Shown here one piece after another: positions 59,860 through 64,000 of a stretch of DNA of 64,000 bases (position 1 is the stretch's first letter; each line of letters starts with the position of its first letter). This DNA comes from Gammaproteobacteria bacterium (GTDB lineage: Bacteria; Pseudomonadota; Gammaproteobacteria; Ga0077536): positions 18,476-82,475 of the forward strand of contig VGUA01000002.1 in NCBI GenBank assembly GCA_016874535.1, in the 5' to 3' direction. The translations under genes and the position numbers were made by a program. The notes below the pieces were generated by a model that worked only from the letters and a program-made list of their open reading frames with translations, made no database searches and was not told the DNA's origin.

Positions 59860-61872
59860 TCAGCCGAGGTAGGACGCGATACGGGTCTTGACCTGGTCGA
59901 CCGTCAGTCCGAAATGCCGGAACAGATCGGCCGCCGGCGCGGAGGCCCCGAAGGTATCCACGCCGATGGCGATGCCGTCCAGACCCACGAAGCGATACCA
60001 GTAGTCCGTGGTGCCTGCTTCCAGCGCGATGCGCTTGCGACAGGCCGGCGGCAGGACTTCCGCCTGATAGGTAGCGTCCTGGGCCAGAAAAACTTCCGTG
60101 CTCGGCATGGACACCACCCGCAGCCCCGCGCCCTGGGCGTTCAGCTCGGTGGCCACCTTGAGTGCCAGGTCGAGCTCGGAGCCGGTGGCGATGAGGACTG
60201 CCTCCACCCTGCCTTCGGGTTCCAGCAGCACATAGCCCCCGCGGGCGATGTCCGCACACTGGCCCGCGGTACGGGCTTGGGCGGGCAGGCCCTGACGCGA
60301 CAGCAACAGGCAGGTGGGTCCGCCGGTGTTTTCCACCGCGGCCACCCAGGCCGCGGCGGTCTCAGCCGCGTCACCCGGCCGCCACACCGTGCAGTTGGGA
60401 ATGGCGCGCAGGGCCACCGCATGCTCAACGGGCTGATGGGTGGGGCCATCCTCACCAAGGCCGATGGAGTCGTGGGTGAGCACATGAATCACGCGCACAC
60501 CCATCAGGGCCGCCATGCGGATGGCACTGCGGGCGTAATCCGAGAATACGAGGAAGGTGCCGCCGTAAGGGATGAATCCCCCATGCAGTGAGAGGCCGTT
60601 CATCACGGCGCTCATGCCGAACTCGCGCACGCCGTAGTTCACATAGTTGCCGTGCGGAGCGTCGTGCCCCTGGGTCACGCAGCCCTTCCAGTGGGTCAGG
60701 TTTGATTCGGTGAGATCCGCCGAGCCGCCGATGAATTCAGGCAGCACGGGCCCCAGTTTCTCCAGCGCGAGCTGGGAGGACTTGCGCGTGGCATTGGCCC
60801 CGCCCGCCGCCTGCATCTCCTCCACCAGCGCCGCGCGCGTGGTTTTCCAGGCTTCGGGCAGGTCGCCCTGCATCCGGCGGCTGAATTCCGCGGCCAGCGC
60901 GGGATGGGCACCCAGATAGCGGGTGAAGAGTTCGTTCCATTGGGCCTCGCGGCGGGCGCCCTCGTCGCGCCGATCCCAGGCCGTGCGGATGGCTTCGGGA
61001 ATCTCGAATGCCGGATGTGGCCAGTTCAGCAGCTGGCGCGCCAGTTCCACCTCCGGCGCGCCCAGCGGCGCGCCGTGCACCGTGTTCTTGCCTTGCTTGT
61101 TGGGGCTGCCGAAGCCAATCACCGTGCGGCAACGGATGAGGCTGGGCTTGTCCGTCTCCGCGCGGGCCTGCGCAAGGGCCGCGGCAACCGCTTCCGCATC
61201 ATGACCGTCGACGTTCTCGATGACCTGCCAGCCGTAGGCGCGGAAGCGGGCGGTGGTGTCGTCCGTGAACCAGCCGGCCACGTCGCCGTCGATGGAAATG
61301 CGGTTGTCATCGTAGAGCGCAATGAGCTTGCCAAGGCCCAGGGTGCCGGCCAGCGAGCAGGCCTCGTGGGAAATACCCTCCATCAGGCAGCCATCGCCCA
61401 CGGCGACATAGGTGTGGTGGTCGACGATGGGGAACCCGTCGCGATTGAACTGGGCGGCCAGCGCCCGCTCGGCTATGGCCATGCCGATGGCGTTGGCGAG
61501 CCCCTGGCCGAGGGGGCCGGTGGTCGTTTCCACACCCGGGGTGTGGGCAAATTCGGGATGCCCGGCGGTACGGGAATGCAGCTGGCGGAAGCGCTGCAGC
61601 TCCGAGAGGGGCAGGTCGTAGCCCGTGAGGTGCAGCAAGCTGTAGAGCAGCATGGAGCCATGGCCGTTCGAGAGCACGAAGCGGTCGCGATTGGGCCAAG
61701 CGGGGTTGGCCGGGTTGTGGCTCAGTACGTCCCGCCACAACACCTCCATCATGTCGGCCATGCCCATCGGGGCGCCGGGGTGGCCGGAATTGGCGGCCTG
61801 AACGGCATCCATGCTGAGGGCACGGATGGCGTTGGCGAGATCGCGACGGGTCGGAGCGGCCGTGGAGGTCAT
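59860..61872 (-). CDS. tkt: Transketolase
   Basis: [23 protein letters not shown] and GEDGPTHQ motifs. ATG 61872 gives 670 aa. Confidence 0.95.
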   Translation of the reverse strand: MTSTAAPTRRDLANAIRALSMDAVQAANSGHPGAPMGMADMMEVLWRDVLSHNPANPAWPNRDRFVLSNGHGSMLLYSLLHLTGYDLPLSELQRFRQLHSRTAGHPEFAHTPGVETTTGPLGQGLANAIGMAIAERALAAQFNRDGFPIVDHHTYVAVGDGCLMEGISHEACSLAGTLGLGKLIALYDDNRISIDGDVAGWFTDDTTARFRAYGWQVIENVDGHDAEAVAAALAQARAETDKPSLIRCRTVIGFGSPNKQGKNTVHGAPLGAPEVELARQLLNWPHPAFEIPEAIRTAWDRRDEGARREAQWNELFTRYLGAHPALAAEFSRRMQGDLPEAWKTTRAALVEEMQAAGGANATRKSSQLALEKLGPVLPEFIGGSADLTESNLTHWKGCVTQGHDAPHGNYVNYGVREFGMSAVMNGLSLHGGFIPYGGTFLVFSDYARSAIRMAALMGVRVIHVLTHDSIGLGEDGPTHQPVEHAVALRAIPNCTVWRPGDAAETAAAWVAAVENTGGPTCLLLSRQGLPAQARTAGQCADIARGGYVLLEPEGRVEAVLIATGSELDLALKVATELNAQGAGLRVVSMPSTEVFLAQDATYQAEVLPPACRKRIALEAGTTDYWYRFVGLDGIAIGVDTFGASAPAADLFRHFGLTVDQVKTRIASYLG

Positions 61873-62352
61873 GCTGGATTCACTTCTTGTTATGGGGCGG
61901 GCCTGGCCCCGGCAAAGCAGGCCGCGGCGGAGGCCGCAGCGGGGCGTCATCGGGGGCTGCATTCTAGCCGCATCGCGCGACGCGCAAAACCGAGATTTCC
62001 CCGGGCTGCAGGCTCGGATCGGCTCGGGAAACCCTCCCGTGCCCAAGACTCGCCGGCCCACCGTCATGGACACCGATTCCGGGCCCGGCCACCCTTGTCC
62101 GAGAATGTCGCCTGCGGGCACTCAAACCCCGCTCCGTGAGTCTCAGATTCTCAGGCCCAAGCTCAGAAAATGTTTGCAAACCCCTATATATACGATGTAT
62201 TTTCCGAAATGCGCATCACTAGAAAAACAGCCCCGGAAAAACCGCGCGCACTCGGCCCCAGTCCCCACATCGGGTCACGGGCCCTCTTCGTCCGTCCGCC
62301 GCAGGGTGCACGGGCGGTTCTGGCATGCCGCAAACGCTGGTGATGCTCTTCG

Positions 62353-63216
62353 ATGACGACGCAAACGTTCAGTTGCGAATTCTTTCCCCCCCGCACGCCC
62401 GAGGCCCGTGAGCGGCTCGCGGCGACCGCTGCCCGGCTGACGACCCTGGGCCCGGAATTCTTTTCGGTCACCTTCGGCGCCGGCGGCAGCACGCGTGACC
62501 TCACCTTGGAGACGGTTCTCAAGCTGCGCGCCGATCACGGCGTGGAGTCCGTGCCCCATCTCTCCTGCATCGGAACGCCACGGGAGGAACTGCGCGCCTT
62601 GCTCCGCAGCTATCAGGAAGCAGGCATCCGCCGGCTGGTTCTGCTGCGCGGGGACATGCCCTCGGGCATGACAGGCTTCGGCGAGCTGCGCTATGCCAAC
62701 GAACTGGTGGCCTTCGTGCGCCAGGAAACCGGCCGGGCCTTCCATGTGGAGGTTGCGGCCTACCCGGAATTTCATCCGCAGGCCGTCTCGGCCGCGGCGG
62801 ATCTGGACAATTTCCAGCGCAAAGTGGAAGCCGGCGCCGACAGTGCCATCACCCAGTATTTCTACAACCCGGACGCCTATTTCCGCTTCGTGGACGATTG
62901 CCACGCGCGGGGCATCGGGATCCCCATCGTGCCGGGCATCATGCCCATCACCAATTTCACCCAGCTGGCGCGGTTTTCCGAGATGTGCGGGGCGGAAATC
63001 CCGCGCTGGATCAGTCGGCGACTGCGGGATTTCGGTGACGACCGGGCTTCCTTGCGCGCCTTCGGGCAGGAGGTGACGCTTGCCCTGTGCTTGCGGTTGC
63101 TCGAGCAGGGCGCACCCGGCCTGCACTTCTACACCATGAACCAGGCGGAGGCGACGGAAGCGGTATGCCGCCAGCTGGGGCTGGGAGGCCCCGCGGAACA
63201 TGCGGCGGGCAACTGA
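62353..63216 (+). CDS. metF: 5,10-methylenetetrahydrofolate reductase
   Basis: FSCEFFPPRT, SVTFGAGGST and VPHLSCIG motifs. 287 aa. Confidence 0.9.
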   Translation: MTTQTFSCEFFPPRTPEARERLAATAARLTTLGPEFFSVTFGAGGSTRDLTLETVLKLRADHGVESVPHLSCIGTPREELRALLRSYQEAGIRRLVLLRGDMPSGMTGFGELRYANELVAFVRQETGRAFHVEVAAYPEFHPQAVSAAADLDNFQRKVEAGADSAITQYFYNPDAYFRFVDDCHARGIGIPIVPGIMPITNFTQLARFSEMCGAEIPRWISRRLRDFGDDRASLRAFGQEVTLALCLRLLEQGAPGLHFYTMNQAEATEAVCRQLGLGGPAEHAAGN

Positions 63217-63220
63217 GGAC

Positions 63221-64000
63221 ATGGCCTCCCCGGACGCCCACGTCCTCATCGGCGACAGCCCCGCCATGCAGGCCTTGCGGGCGACGCTTGCACGCCTCGC
63301 CTCGTCGGACTTTCCCATCCTGGTGCAGGGCGAATCCGGCGTCGGCAAGGAGCGCGTCGCAATCCAGCTTCACCGGCGCAGCGCACGGCGCATGGGCGCC
63401 TTTCATGCGGTGAATTGCGCCGCCCTCACTCCGGAGCTGCTGGAGAGTCAGCTGTTCGGGTGCGTGCGCGGGGCCTATACCGGGGCCGAACGAGACAGGC
63501 CCGGCCTGCTCGAGCAGCTCGACACAGGGACCCTCTTGCTGGACGAGGTCGGCGAAATGCCACCCGCGCTGCAGGCCAAACTGCTACGTGTGCTGGAGGA
63601 CGGAGAGTATTACCGCCTGGGCGATACGCGACCGCTGCGCACCGGCGTGCGGATACTTGCCGCCACCAACCGGGATCTGCGCGCGGCGGTGAGCGCCGGC
63701 CTGTTCCGGGAGGATCTCTACCATCGCCTCGGCGTACTGAAGGTGAACGTGCCACCCCTGCGTGCACGGGGTGATGACTGGCGCCAGTTGCTGCCGGGCC
63801 GGTGTTCGATGCTGCGGCTTTCCTGGAAGGTGAGAATGCGAGTCGCGGGGATGGCGGCTTCAGTGGCCAGCAGGATGCCGCACACAACGACGTGGCCCTG
63901 GCCATCACCCGCACCGAACTCATGCGCGGGGTGGAGCAGCGGGTACTGCGAGAGGTGCGAAACGCGCTTCATCGTTACGCGGGAGCACACGGCGCCATGC
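63221..64000 (+). CDS. Sigma54-dependent activator-type AAA+ protein without an N-terminal regulatory domain (partial; C-terminal part unresolved)
   Basis: This open frame is not listed in the supplied track because it has no stop inside the window. Walker A is GESGVGKE, the sigma54-contact loop variant is GAYTGA, Walker B is LLLDEVGEM, and RILAATNRDL, FREDLYHRL and PPLRARGDD follow. Recognisable similarity stops near 63790. Confidence 0.6.
   Translation, partial: MASPDAHVLIGDSPAMQALRATLARLASSDFPILVQGESGVGKERVAIQLHRRSARRMGAFHAVNCAALTPELLESQLFGCVRGAYTGAERDRPGLLEQLDTGTLLLDEVGEMPPALQAKLLRVLEDGEYYRLGDTRPLRTGVRILAATNRDLRAAVSAGLFREDLYHRLGVLKVNVPPLRARGDDWRQLLPGRCSMLRLSWKVRMRVAGMAASVASRMPHTTTWPWPSPAPNSCAGWSSGYCERCETRFIVTREHTAPC

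Noticed and set aside
58226-59872. Long ORFs antisense to recognised genes. Examples are 58226-59872 (+) opposite gap/pgk, 44772-46148 (+) and 46054-47367 (+) opposite algC/coaBC, 31646-32929 (-) opposite the APC permease, 11694-12869 (-) opposite the M16 peptidase, 34174-35373 (+) opposite pilU, and 60904-62139 (+) opposite tkt.
   Set aside because: These are typical shadow ORFs of a GC-rich genome. Their translations are Arg/Gly/His/Ala-rich and without motifs, while the opposite strand encodes unmistakable conserved proteins.
62290-62352. Possible SAH or SAM riboswitch in the metF leader.
   Set aside because: I could not find the conserved core strings I remember for SAH elements (a CAGGCTCGG-like segment and GGCGCTCA-like pseudoknot partners). 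Only a generic GC hairpin is present. An Infernal scan is needed before making any claim.
63718-63990. Minus-strand 90-aa ORF at the right edge, as a separate convergent gene.
   Set aside because: It has high third-position GC and partly protein-like sequence. However, its last 25 or so codons would overlap the conserved AAA+ core of the plus-strand gene, and I recognise no family. It is kept only as an alternative explanation in the corresponding finding.

Overview
This is a GC-rich bacterial chromosomal segment. Its gene order is typical of Gammaproteobacteria: pilT-pilU next to yggS-proC-yggT-metXW, then argB-algC-coaBC / radC-rpmB-rpmG, then fpg. It is densely coding (about 65 genes) and almost entirely core or housekeeping.

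Gene blocks from left to right:
- a lower-GC nucleotide-sugar dehydrogenase at the left edge
- a MoxR / VWA / SirB1-like operon
- a Sel1-repeat protein, a PilZ protein, a dual cNMP-binding/rhodanese gene and YajQ
- an HAD hydrolase and an M16C peptidase
- a tightly coupled run of hypothetical / kinase / methyltransferase / VIT1 / SDR / DUF998 / SrkA genes
- a phenylacetate upper-pathway cluster (paaI, paaK, paaABCDE and a TetR regulator)
- amt
- an Aas-like / VOC / kinase operon and an APC permease
- three tandem PilT-family ATPases
- yggS, proC, yggT, metX, metW, xthA, pyrE, argB, algC, coaBC, radC, rpmB, rpmG
- a fatty-acid desaturase
- a GldA/GldF/GldG-like ABC system followed by fpg
- a secreted Gly/Tyr/Arg-rich protein, a TraB-family protein and a pseudouridine synthase
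- a tkt-gap-pgk-fba operon, metF, and a partial sigma54-type activator at the right edge

I saw no rRNA, tRNA, CRISPR array, transposase, integrase, phage gene or recognisable defence system. I did not find a convincing self-contained novel multi-gene system.

The most unusual observations are:
1. Two otherwise intact genes each carry a single clean in-frame stop codon: TAG in the canonical pilT, and TAA in the dual cNMP-binding/rhodanese gene.
2. A perfect 28-bp palindrome overlaps the paa promoter.
3. A two-TM periplasmic domain is fused in frame to AlgC, in the position where dut normally follows coaBC.
4. A small secreted protein has a mature part that is about half Gly, Tyr and Arg.
5. 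The paa cluster lacks all ring-opening and beta-oxidation genes.
6. The sigma54-type AAA+ gene loses recognisable similarity abruptly about 200 bp before the window ends.

All functional calls come from motif and family recognition by eye. No database search was run.
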